A DNA stretch of 46,667 nt, from the NCBI RefSeq assembly GCF_001194135.2, contig NC_068985.1, forward strand, positions 72,685,975 to 72,732,641, in the 5' to 3' direction. The notes under the pieces are model-generated. The model was given only the letters and a program-made list of their open reading frames with translations, was not told the DNA's origin and did no database searches. This DNA comes from Octopus bimaculoides. Taxonomy: Eukaryota. Of the stretch, positions 23,193-34,361 are shown piece by piece. Made by a program: the position numbers and the translations under genes. The first letter of the stretch is position 1, and every line of letters begins with the position of its first letter.

Positions 23193-24434
23193 TGAGGTCA
23201 TTAAGAATGAAATGTCCGATTTTGAACTGAAAGTTTATTTTACTTTATCTCAACAAAAAAACGATACAGTTAATTAAAGTATGCACCTAAACTATCAACA
23301 CAATTTTGCCAGTTTATCGGTAGTGTATTTATCCTAGCAGCAAAGAATTCTGGAGAGCAAGAGGTGATGAAATCAGGAAAGGCTGTTTTTGCATCTTCTT
23401 CAGATTTGAAATTTTTTCTTTGCAAAAAGTTGTCTGATGCCTGGGAAATGTGATTGTCAGTTGGTGCAAGGTCTGGTGAATATGGTGAATGACATAGTAC
23501 TTCCAAGTTCAGTTCCTGTAACTTGAGTAACGTTCTTTGTGCAACATGTGGTCAAGCATTGTCTTTTAGGAGAATTGATCTGTTTCTGTTGACCAATCTT
23601 GGTTGTTTAATTGCAAGTTTGCTCATCATTTCATCTAGTTTGATGTAAACATCCGCTGTAATAACTTACCAGGTCTCATGAAGCTGTAGTGGATGACACC
23701 AGTGCTGGACCACCAAACAGATAACATTAGCTTTTTTTGGTGAATATTCTTTTTTGGATTGTGTTTTGATACTTTGACTCTATCCAACCACCATGCAGAG
23801 CGCATGCTCTTGTTGAAAAGAATCCATTTTTCATCACACGCCATGACAGCAGACAACGACAAGTTTCAAGATGATGTGTCATTTGATGCTCGTTCAGTTC
23901 GTGTGGTACCCACTTGTCCAATTTCTTTACCTTGCTGATTTGTTTAAGGTAGTCCAATACAGTTGGAATCGGAACATTAAACCTTGCTGCTAACTCACAC
24001 ATAATTTGAGATGTATCCACTTTCACTACAGTTTCCAGCTCATCATTATCCCCCCTTGGTCTCAGGTCTACCATGGGGCTGATTTTCAAGAGTAAAGTTA
24101 CCAGACTAGAACTTCTCAAACCATCGGTGTACAGTGTGCTCATTTGCCACATATTCATCAAACACCTCATTGATGTTTTGAGCTGTCTGGGATTCATTGG
24201 TTCCATGACAGAACTCATATTCATAGGCAACATGAATTTTTTTATCCATCCATGAGTTCACAAAAATTAATTTACAAGAGAGAACTTACAATATAATCAG
24301 ATACCATGTATTGCATTTCAAAAAGTAAAGATGTTACTCTTCAATGCTGTAAAACAAAGAATTGTCAGGATAAAACATTAGAGTGTCAGACTTGGTGCAC
24401 AAGAAAATTGGACATTTCATTCTTAATGACCTGA
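23193..24434 (-). mobile_element. Full-length decayed mariner (DD34D)
   Basis: TIR T(C/G)AGGTCATTAAGAATGAAATGTCC at both ends with TA flanks; WVPHEL, CDEKW, LSVWW, DNA*PH and YSPDLAPTD motifs broken by frameshifts. Confidence 0.95.
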
Positions 24435-25119
24435 TATTTGGAATGAGACAAGGTTTCAAATTGTCATACCAGATGGTGCCATGAAGTAGAAAATATCATA
24501 GGAGACAGCTCATATTTATATTTATTATAGCTGACTTTAAATTCTTATCAAATCTATCACATGTTCAGGAAGTTTGTGTTGAAAAGAAAAATTGTCTGTT
24601 GACCCTACATAATCAGAATAGTGTTGATGACAAGGCATAGGTCATCAATGTGATAGTGTTGATTTTTGAATTAGTGGTTTCTGTCCTTTTGAGTTTGCAT
24701 ACATGCATATTCATGCATATGTGTGTGCTAATTTCTTTTATATAGTATTGTAAGGACACATAAATGTCATTATTGATTTCATGATGAGCTCTCATAAGTC
24801 TGTTTAATGAAGCTGTATGTGTGTGTATTCATATTTATCTCCTATCCAGTCTTGATTGTTAAACAATCCAACCATGACTAACCATTTTTATTTCAGACTT
24901 ATTCGTTCGGGATTTTATTATCCAATATTTTCTTTTCTTCCTTAAGCTGTTAGGTTGTGAACTGAGAGTGATTTGGCTGCTATTTCTAGCAGGTTGACAT
25001 ACTACTTGATGGCTTCCACTTTTGTAGTTGGCACAAAATTTATTTTCATATAGTGTTGTCTTACATACAAAAGCTCTTATCAACTTCACATTAATATCAT
25101 GTGTCTGTTTAATGGAGTA

Positions 25120-25165
<46 letters not shown>

Positions 25166-25275
25166 CCATACACATTCATGTTTGTGGTTGGTTGTACATT
25201 TTTTGGATAGAATTCCATTTTTCCCCACATATTTTTATTCATATTTGTGTTTATGAATGTGCATTGAAAAATAGT

Positions 25276-25494
25276 GGTACAGGCTTGGTTGAATGGATAA
25301 GGAATTTGTTTTAGATTCACAAAGTCGTGGGTTCAGTCCTGCTGCTTGGCACATTGAGGTACTGACTTGTCATAAGCCTTGGGTCAACTTCCATCCTGTG
25401 AATGAAATCCTGTCAGATGGATTGCATCAGAGATTCAGAAGGCCAGCATTGTGATTCCCTGTGTCAAGCTGATTTTGCCTGGGAATTACATTAA
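25276..25494 (+). mobile_element. tRNA-derived SINE, degenerate
   Basis: ggcttggttgaatggataag...gtcgtgggttcagtcctgctgcttggcacattgagg. Confidence 0.65.
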
Positions 25495-25675
25495 CCCTTT
25501 AGCATTTAAACTGGCCATATTTGGTCCAAATGTTCTACTTGTTTTAATTTCAAACTGGCCAGATCTGGCCTTTCACACCTATTGTACAATGTCATTCTAA
25601 AAGTAATTAATCATATCATTGAAATGTTGAAGCTACAAGATTATGCATAGACAGAGTATTCTGAATGCTTAAAGG
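25495..25675. mobile_element. piggyBac-like MITE B copy with internal deletion
   Basis: TTAA|CCCTTTAGCATTTAAACTGGCC ... ctgaatgcttaaagg. Confidence 0.7.
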
Positions 25676-25816
25676 CGAATGGTACATATGTCTGGAATAC
25701 TCAGCTATTTAGAAACTCAATAATTTAATGAGTAGCTAGGCTAGTCGATTGAACAGTTAGAATATATATTGTTAAAACTGATGAGAGCTCCATTAACTTG
25801 AAATTGTATATATGGT

Positions 25817-25826
25817 TGTGTGTGTA

Positions 25827-25897
<71 letters not shown>
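25817..25897. repeat. (TG)n(TA)n microsatellite
   Basis: Directly visible. Similar arrays at 2851-2915, 3741-3805, 25121-25163, 27866-27944 and 34326-34383. Confidence 0.95.
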
Positions 25898-25902
<5 letters not shown>

Positions 25903-26581
25903 CATGTGTGAATATGTGTATTTATACATGCATACACCTCCTGATTGTGTGTATAAGGTGTGAAACTATAGCAACAACCAGCATGTAGCTGTTTACCACT
26001 GTCACTCTTCTTTATGACTCCTTCCAGTTTTATTTTCCCTTATGCATATTACAGAAACATGATGTATATAACGAACGCTTTATAAAGAATGTTAGCTATG
26101 GATTACAATTTTGTATACATTTTTCAAAATTTAGAAAAACTGCAGTTATATCACAACTACCAAATCAACATCCCCCTCATCATCAGCAGCATCATCTAAC
26201 ATCCATTCTCCTTGCTGGCATGGGTTGGATATCATCATTTCTATAAATTCATTTCTAGTTTGTATTTTATTGCTCTCTGTATTTAGCATGTTGACTGATT
26301 TCCCTACTGACTATTTATAGTGTTGACTAATAGACAAGAAATGTTGCAGAAAGATATTAACAAGTTTGAGAACAAAAAGATAACTAAATAGATATCCGTG
26401 AAAGGGGAGCTAAAAATATAGTTTCTCATGATTTAGATAGGTTTTCTATTGTTCTTTTTCCTTCTTTTTTCATCTATTGAAGTTCTGACGGATTGAACAA
26501 TGAGATAATACTGAGTGAATGTTGGTTAGTTGGTAATATTAGTAGAGAGATAGAAATAGAGAGCTAGTAGATGTTGTTTAA

Positions 26582-26802
26582 CCCTTTAGTGTTTAAACTG
26601 GCTGTATCCGGCCCAAATATTCTACACGTTTTATGCTCAAACTGGTCAGAACCAGCCTCTCACACCTACCCTGCAATGTCATTCTAAAAATAAGCAATTA
26701 CATCTTTCCTATCTTGAAGCTACAAAATAATATCAGATAAATTTTTTTAAATGTGAATAAATAAGAATTACTTTTGACAAATTAATCTGAACGCTAAAAG
26801 GG
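26582..26802. mobile_element. piggyBac-like MITE B, complete copy
   Basis: TTAA|CCCTTTAG ... CTAAAAGGG|TTAA, intact TTAA on both sides. Confidence 0.85.
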
Positions 26803-27240
26803 TTAATCTCAAGTAAGCCTGACTGAGCAGATGTATCCTTTTCTCTGATATTGCATGTAGCTAGGACTATATTATCCAATCAATGTTTAATCCTTCTTTT
26901 TTACAAGATGGTAAGGTGTAATTTTGGGGAAACTTTTGGTTTATTTTTTACAAGTTGAGAGACCCCCAGAAAGGCTCCTTTGTTAGGTTGAAAGGGAGAG
27001 AGACTAAGTGGAGGAATAGAGATGTAAAAAAAAAAAAGGTGGAAAGATTGAGGAGTGGGCAGTGGGAAAGGAGAAAAGTAGATGCCAGAACAGTTTATTG
27101 AAAAAAAAGAGAATGAGAGTTTGAAAGTGATGTGATAGAATAAATGATAGAGAGAAAAGGACCAAGAGAGTGAGAACGTGTGAGTGTGTGTGTATAAACC
27201 ATAAAAAGATGAGGTATGAGAGGTGAATATATTTATTTAA

Positions 27241-27480
27241 CCACTTGACATCCTTAGGGTTATGGGTGTTCCACAGCCTTCTTCATGTAGTAATAATTTC
27301 AGTGTGAAATAAATTATCTTTACATATCTGCATAAATATGCATGGTATGCATTATAAAATTCAATTCTATATTCACAATCAATGTAAATAAAACTTGCTA
27401 GCTTTAACATAATTTATTATACACTGAAGTTATTATTACATGAAGACTGAAATGGCTGTAATCCTAAGAATGTCAAGTGG
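27241..27480. mobile_element. TTAA-flanked MITE (third piggyBac-like family)
   Basis: TTAA|CCACTTGACATCCTTAGG ... CCTAAGAATGTCAAGTGG|TTAA; 240 bp. Confidence 0.85.
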
Positions 27481-27650
27481 TTAAATATATTCACCCCTCA
27501 TACCTCCTGATTTTTTATGGTTTATATACTCCTCACAAAATAATTTCATCTATTGGATCTCCTGGATTTCAGCTGCATGGAACTTTGCATTATACTCCTC
27601 CTCTGTACTGGATTACCTATGTGTTCTGTTAGCCGAGTACACTATTATTA

Positions 27651-27862
27651 CAAGGGGGTGATGGAAATTTCCTGGCTTTAAAGGTATCACAAAAGGCCTA
27701 GTTGGAGGCCCAATCTTCTGAGTTCTTTTACATGCCTTAGAAAAACTGAAGGACTACAGCAATAGGTGTGTGAATTTGAGGGGAATGTGTTAAATAAAAT
27801 CATAATTAACTGATCCTCCTGTATTTTCTTTTACCCAAAGCCAGGAACTTTTTTGCACCCCC

Positions 27863-27865
<3 letters not shown>
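27651..27865 (+). mobile_element. Mariner-derived MITE
   Basis: TA|CAAGGGGGTG..GAAATTTCCTGGCTTT ... AAAGCCAGGAACTT...CACCCCCTTG; interior resembles a mariner C-terminus. Confidence 0.8.
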
Positions 27866-27948
<83 letters not shown>

Positions 27949-29510
27949 AGATTAAATGAGTGATTAAATGAAAGAACTAGATAGGTGAAAGAAGAGCTAG
28001 AGAAAGATGAAATGAGAGATATAGAGACGGAAGGCAGGAGATAAAATGAGATCCACAGCGAGATATTTTATGATCTAAGAGGAATGATCCACAACAGTTT
28101 TATTCGATGTTTTGTTAAAGAGTTACATATCAAGACAATGGCCCAGTAGTTTATGCAGAAATGAATGTTCTTTCTGTTATGTGTTAAGAAATACACTCAC
28201 TAGTTCTTTACTGTTGAAACATTCAAGTTTGTAAGCTCTACTAAAGGATGCAGTTAGAAGTTCTCTTGTGAAAAACAGTTGTTTTTTATTATGTGAAATG
28301 TCTTTGGTATTTAGTTTCCTTTAGAGGCTATTTTTGTGTTCTGCTCTACAATGACTGTGACATAGAGTTGTGTGAATGGACTTTAAGCTGCTTTGACTAT
28401 GGCAGTGAGAGAATGAAAGACTGAGAAAAACAATGAATGTTATGACAGTTTGTGAGAACAACCACTACCAGCTAAGGTAGCCAGTACCACATCTCTCTGC
28501 TTTAATCTAGTTAAATAAGCTCATTTATAGCTCATTAGCTGACTGTGACAGGTTACTGGCATTATACTGATTGGCCAATTTTTAATCGATATTAGCCAAT
28601 ACAAAGTCTTGAGTTAACTTTGTTGGATTGATTTGTCTTTTGGCACCAATTCTAATGAGAAATGAATTTAGCCAGTAACATAAAATATTAACAATTTTGG
28701 CTAAGACTACAATTACTGTTTCAATAGCTAATAAAAGTATGTATGTAGGTTTGGCTGGGGTTAATGAGAAAACAAACTATGGAAGGCTAATGATGCTAAA
28801 AATCATTACAGATGAATGGAGAGGTAAAGGAATGAGATAAAAATGAGAGCTTGAGGAAGATGAAATGAGGTAATAAAATGAGAACTATATGTATACAGAA
28901 TAAGAGAGATATGGACAAAGAAATAATGAAGCTCATAGAGGTAAGTGCTGAGTGTAAGTTGAGAATTTCAACACTATAGCTTCAGGGAGTAATAATGCTG
29001 TTAGATCAGTGAAGTATTTCATCCCATTAGAATATGGGTGTGCTGAAAACATCAGTTTTTGTTTTCAAAATATATTTGAAAAATTGGATTTAGTCTCTGA
29101 TCAACCCTGATAGAGCAGTCACATGATCAAAGTCTTCCATGTCACCATACTGTCTTTTTATTTTTTTTATTTAAATGTAGTGTCTCTGAAGAGGACTACA
29201 CTATCCAGTGTATCCTTCTTTACTTAAGGTAGGATTTGAAGGTTTGGTTGCTATATCTAGCAGATTGGGTTATTTTCCATAGAAACTGCCTCATTGAATC
29301 ACCTTGAATGTACCCTGTTTTCACTTTGTATTTTGTTCTGTTGTTGTTTAGCCCCCCCCCCCCTGTTCAGAGCTTATCAAGAAAACCCATAATAAATGCA
29401 TTCTATCCATGACTATCCTGTCTTTTTCTTTATCTAGAACATGTTCTTCCAGTTTTAAGGTAGTAGAATTTAACTCAAGAAAGATTTGGTTGCTATTTCT
29501 TGCAGGTCAA

Positions 29511-29682
29511 CCCTTTACCATTTAGACTGGCCATATCAAGCCCAACTAGATCCAGCCTCTCACACATACCCTGCAATGTCATTCTGAAAATAATAAATTG
29601 CATTATTAAAATCTGGAAGCTATAAGATAATGCAGGATCATTTCAAAGCAATATGGATAAAAATGCATTATATTTGACAGGG
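29511..29682. mobile_element. piggyBac-like MITE B copy with deletion
   Basis: ccctttaccatttagactggcc ... acaggg|TTAA. Confidence 0.7.
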
Positions 29683-29954
29683 TTAAGGAAATGCATTGAG
29701 GCTTTATTTCATGCTGTAAGAAACAATGGTTGTATCATTACAATGTGTTGATTACCTGTTGAGTGACTGTCGTTAAGTGAGTCCTATGATGGTACCAGAT
29801 TAAAGAATACAAAGAGATCTTGTATTACCTTTTTAATTTGTACTCATGTGAGTAAATTGACGTTAAAATAATGAGATTATTATGATGATGATCATGATTA
29901 CCAGTCCTGTCACTTTACTATAGCCAATATTTTATTTTTACTTTATTTTTTCAG

Positions 29955-29977
29955 GTCTTTTATAAAAGGTGGTTACC
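29955..29977 (+). other. 5' UTR part of the ATP7 ATG exon
   Basis: Polypyrimidine tract ttttattttactttattttttcag|G; in-frame TAA at 29963; Kozak-like ACCATGG. Confidence 0.8.
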
Positions 29978-30082
29978 ATGGAGAAATCAGCAGATATCAG
30001 CATTCAAGGAATGCACTGCAATTCCTGTGTTGTTAATATTGAAGGTTATATTTCTAAAGTGAAAGGAATCAAACATATCACA
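29978..30082 (+). CDS. ATP7: Copper-transporting P1B-type ATPase (ATP7A/B-like), first coding exon, N-terminal half of HMA domain 1
   Basis: MEKSADISIQGMHCNSCVVNIEGYISKVKGIKHIT then |GTAAGT, phase 0. GMxCxxC motif. About 18/34 identities by eye to the recalled human ATP7A N-terminus ([32 protein letters not shown]). A versus B paralogy cannot be assigned. Confidence 0.88.
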
Positions 30083-30669
30083 GTAAGTATTCTTTTGTCC
30101 ATTTGTCAGTCTGTCTGTCCATCCGTCTATCCCTCCCTATCTCCCTGTGATGTTTATATTTGAACAATAAAGCTAATCTGAGTCCAGTCAATGTCCTTAT
30201 TATCACCCTTTAATATGCTTCAGAATAAGATCATATCTTAAGTAGATTTATTCAACACCTATTTGCATGCCTTGGATTCATAGAAAGAAGTAAATGTATG
30301 TTACTTCTTTGAGAATAATGATACATATACTCCTCATTCCAAGTTTTCAAGTTGATAGGAGTGTCATTAAAATTTCAGTTACCTTCTGAAGCATATACTT
30401 GATTTCCTCTTCTTCCCCCCACTTTTTTTTGATCGCCAATACAAATTCTAAAAGCTCCTCTGAGTGATATATTTTTGTATTTAACTGTTAATTGGTCCTT
30501 CATTTTGGAAGGCAATGTTGAAACCAAAAGTTGTTGCCCTTAAAATTATTTAGCAATCTGATCTAGGAACCCAGTGAAATTCCTTTTGATGTGTTATACT
30601 CAGAGCTCCTCATAAAAGTCTGATGCTCCCTAACTGACAAAAAGACAGAGAGAGAGATATCGTATTGGC

Positions 30670-31163
30670 CAGTGCTTCTCAAACTATCTGATGTGGCATA
30701 CTGGCAGTTTTTTTTTCCAATGTTCCAAGGACCGGTAATATTTCTTAGTAATATTACTTTATATCAGAAACAATATATATATAATGGATATAATAAAAGT
30801 TGACAATTTTTAAAAATCTTATATTTATTTTGTAAACAAATAATACAATATTACATAAGTTAAATTCAAATTACGATAAACGTAAACAAACAAATGAAGT
30901 TTGCTTTTAGAAGCGTTGAGATGTCTTAGAAAGTTAAAGAAGTGATTTTTTAAAATTCTCAAATGCAGGATAATGCTAATAATATAGCCTGAACAGGATA
31001 AACTACCCCTATTTTGCAGAAGAAAGTGTGGGCAGCCAGCCATATTACATAAGCATTTTATAAGCATGTTATAATGTTTCTTTTCTGGAAACTTGCTGTG
31101 TACCAGCAGCTGATGGCTCATGGACAGGCACTGGTCCATGGACCACCACTTTGAGTAGCACTG
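30670..31163. mobile_element. hAT-type MITE
   Basis: TIR CAGTGCTTCTCAAA / TTTGAGTAGCACTG; 8-bp TSD gtattggc/gtataggc (7/8 match). Confidence 0.9.
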
Positions 31164-31289
31164 GTATAGGCAATCCTCAACTAAAAACTTTGCGTAATAC
31201 AATAACACACATACATGCTGTCTCTTGCACACACACAAACACCTAAACCAATGTCTGATCTGACTTCGTAGTTCCCAGGTGCCCAGATA

Positions 31290-31560
31290 TATATAGAAGC
31301 AGCTTTCGCTGTATAGTTAAAATGTTTATGGCACGGCCCATGGTTTTTGGGTTTCGTCCCACTGCACAGTGCCTTGAGCATGTTTCTACTACTATAGCCC
31401 CAGACTGACCCAATGAATTTAGTAGACAGAAACTGCAGGAAGCCTTGTGTATGCGTGTGTGTGTGTGTGTGTGTGTGTATGCATATGTGAATGTTAATAT
31501 CCCATACTTGTCATTGCTTGGGCATAATGATGTTGCTGTTGACATATCTTGTTGATATTA
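31290..31560 (+). mobile_element. SINE family B, degenerate
   Basis: catggtttttgggtttcgtcccactgcacagtgccttgagcatgtttctactactatagcc followed by (TG)n. Confidence 0.7.
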
Positions 31561-32166
31561 TGATTGGTCATTCTGTACTTTTGAAGAAGTCTGAAATGAA
31601 AAAAAATAAAGCTCCTTCTTTGAAAAACAAGTAAGGGTTGGTATCAAGAAGAGTAGTACACTTTGCAGAGTGATTAGCATTAGGGACTGACACATGATGT
31701 CAGGACACAATCACACATACATATATACAATTGTGTATGTGTATACACTCAAAATTTAACTACATGTGGATTGTTGGTGATTTTTTTTCTTCTCTCTTCC
31801 TTTTCTCTTGGACTTTCTTCTGTCTCTTTTTTCTGAAGAAGGGCTTTGCTCGAAACATAAACATTCTTTTTTCCTTCCCTGAGCGTCTTTTAACACGTCC
31901 TCGCGTTGTTTTTCTTTGTGTTTTTTCTTCATTTTTTTTTTTTATTAATTATGTATGTATGTATGTCTACATACATACCCCCCCCCCCATATATATATAT
32001 ATATGTTCCGTTTATATATTATTGGCTAAACTGGCAATATGACCATCCCCAAATATAACAACATGTATATATACTTAAAACAAGCAAATTAGCTAGTTAG
32101 AAAATCTCTATAAGAGATAAAAGTAGTAACTATACTGAGAAGTAATGTTTATTGCCATTTCATTGT

Positions 32167-32410
32167 GGCTGTTCTGAAGAAGCTGACGTTTCTAGCATCT
32201 TAACTTGAGGAGGACGCCTGCTCCAGGTGGTTATTTGATGCAATCTGCATTTGATATATTGCAAGTAAGGGAGCAAACCCCTATCATCTTCCAGCTGTTT
32301 GCTCCCCTACTTGCAATATATATTAGGTACCAATTGCATCGAATAACCAGCTACAGGAGGTGTCTTCCTGAGGTTAAAATGGTAGTAAAGTTACTTCCTA
32401 TGAAACAGCC
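32167..32410. repeat. Imperfect foldback palindrome (probable MITE)
   Basis: Arms about 110 nt and an 18-nt loop (32279-32296); inner stem atatattgcaagta(a/g)gggagcaaac / gtttgctcccctacttgcaatatat. Confidence 0.85.
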
Positions 32411-32474
32411 TAATAACCTGGTGTAGAACTAAGTATACAATATGCTTCAGAATGAAGCATTAGTTAAGCACAGA

Positions 32475-33263
32475 GTGGTAATAAGAAAAAAAGACGACAA
32501 AGGAATAAATGATTTTCTTATGAACTTCATTAGCTTACAGCTGTTTCTGCAATAAGATGCAGAGGACTCATAGTTGATTGCTTGAATAACACCTTATAGC
32601 TTCATCAGAGCTATAACACCTTATAGCCTCATATGAAGTGTAGTTTATTTGGGAAAATAATTGCATTTATGCATATATATATCTGAGATCTTTGGCGTTA
32701 TGTTGTGCTTGAGAAGACCCATCAAGCTGAGCAAAATTGCAGTCATGGCAGATACTGGTGTCACACTAATTGACACCCATGCTAGTGGCATGTAAAAGCA
32801 TCCCGGTGTCTCACAAATGGCACCCATGCTGGTGGAACGTAAAAGTACCATCACACTCTTGGAGTGTTTGGCATCAGAAAGGGTTTCCAGCTATAGAGAA
32901 CCATGCCAAATCAGACTGGAGTCTGGTGCAAACTTCCTTCCAGCATGCCAGCCTGGTCAAACCACCCAACCCATGGAAGAGCGAAGGTCCCCATGTCAAA
33001 TCTTATTCAGTGAGCTCACTTCATTAAAAAGACCATGGACAATAGATGTTAAATGATGATGATGATGATGATGATGATATATATATATATATNNNNNNNN
33101 NNNNNNNNNNNNNNNNNNNNNNNNNNNNNNNNNNNNNNNNNNNNNNNNNNNNNNNNNNNNNNNNNNNNNNNNNNNNNNNNNNNNNNNNNNNNNNNNNNNN
33201 NNNNNNNNNNNNNNNNNNNNNNNNNNNNNNNNNNNNNNNNNNNNNNNNNNNNNNNNNNNNNNN

Positions 33264-33295
<32 letters not shown>

Positions 33296-33540
33296 GGTAT
33301 TACGAAGGGGAAAGCCAACATGTACATTGAGGATGAAAGCTTTTTCCTATATATATGCATAAATGTAATTCTTCTCCCAAATAAATTACCATTCATATTC
33401 AAGCCTCCAATGAAGTTATAAGGTGTTATACAAGCACTCAACTATGAGTCTTTTGCATCTCATAGCAGAAACAGCTGTAAGCTAATAAAGTTCAAAAGAT
33501 AGTTGTTTATTCCTTTCTCATCTTATTTTCTAATATATAC
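32475..33540. mobile_element. Non-autonomous element defined by inverted arms (32475-32615 and 33395-33540), interrupted by an RTE 3' end and a gap
   Basis: aaggaataaa..gaacttcattagcttacagctgtttctgc..gactcatagttga matches the reverse complement of 33400-33515. Confidence 0.7.
32683..33078 (+). mobile_element. 5'-truncated RTE LINE 3' end
   Basis: Begins with an ORF2 C-terminus (DLWRYVVLEKTHQ), then 3' UTR modules and a (GAT)n tail; carries a 66-nt foreign insertion. Confidence 0.8.
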
Positions 33541-33619
33541 ACACACACATATATACATACACATTCTGTTACTCATTGTCACTGTCTTTATCTCATATCT
33601 GAGAATTTAGTTTCTTCTT

Positions 33620-34200
33620 TGCTGAACGCTTCCTTTATGGTGATGCTGTTGATGACTGTAGACTAATGCTTGCATAGAAGAGTCAGTGGCATGGAGCATG
33701 AGGTTGATTTTCGATGAGCCTTTCTTTCCTATTGTTGGATTGATTCCTTTTTCTCTTCTAGTGGCTTCAAAGTTTTTGTTTCTTATGGTGATAGAACATC
33801 CCACTTAGTACAGTCTTGGGCTTGTGTTTCAAATGCTTTAGTCTCAATTCTAGTGGCTTTCAGTATTGTTTTGAGTTGGTCCTTGTGTCTTCAAATAGGG
33901 CAACCCCATGGTCTTTTTAATGAAGTGAGCTCACTGAATAAGATTTGACATGGGGACCTTCACCCTTCCATTTTTGCTATATGTTCTATTGTTAATTTTC
34001 TGTCCTGCTTGTCTTCTGTTACCTTTCTTACTAGTTTTGTCCTTGTATGTCCATCACTTCAGTGATATTCCCTATATCACTGGTGCAACCAGGTGAACAG
34101 TAGCATAGAATTAAGTTTTCAGGCTTTAAATGTACCAAAACTGTACTTATAGTCTGGAATTCTATGGCTGTTGAGGGATGTTTCCAGGTTTCCTTGTCTT
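33620..34200 (-). mobile_element. Decayed RTE/BovB-like LINE, C-terminal region
   Basis: HIAKMEG*RSPCQILFSELTSLKRPW and HKDQLKTILKATRIETKAFETQAQDCTKW. Confidence 0.7.
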
Positions 34201-34213
34201 CTGTTCTTTTTAT

Positions 34214-34322
34214 GTGAATTGTTTCTTTATTCCATTTTGAATTTACTTTATATATATATATATATGTATATATAGATATAGATATATATAAAGTAAATTC
34301 AAAATGGAATAAAGAAACAATT

Positions 34323-34325
<3 letters not shown>
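34214..34325. repeat. Perfect inverted repeat, 44-nt arms with a 24-nt TA-rich spacer
   Basis: gtgaattgtttctttattccattttgaatttactttatatatat and its exact reverse complement. Confidence 0.95.

Positions 34326-34361
<36 letters not shown>

Noticed and set aside
30083-30163. ORF-track extension of the HMA ORF (VSILLSICQ...) and the GTG start at 29969
   Set aside because: Read-through past a consensus GTAAGT donor into intron; ATG 29978 has the Kozak context.
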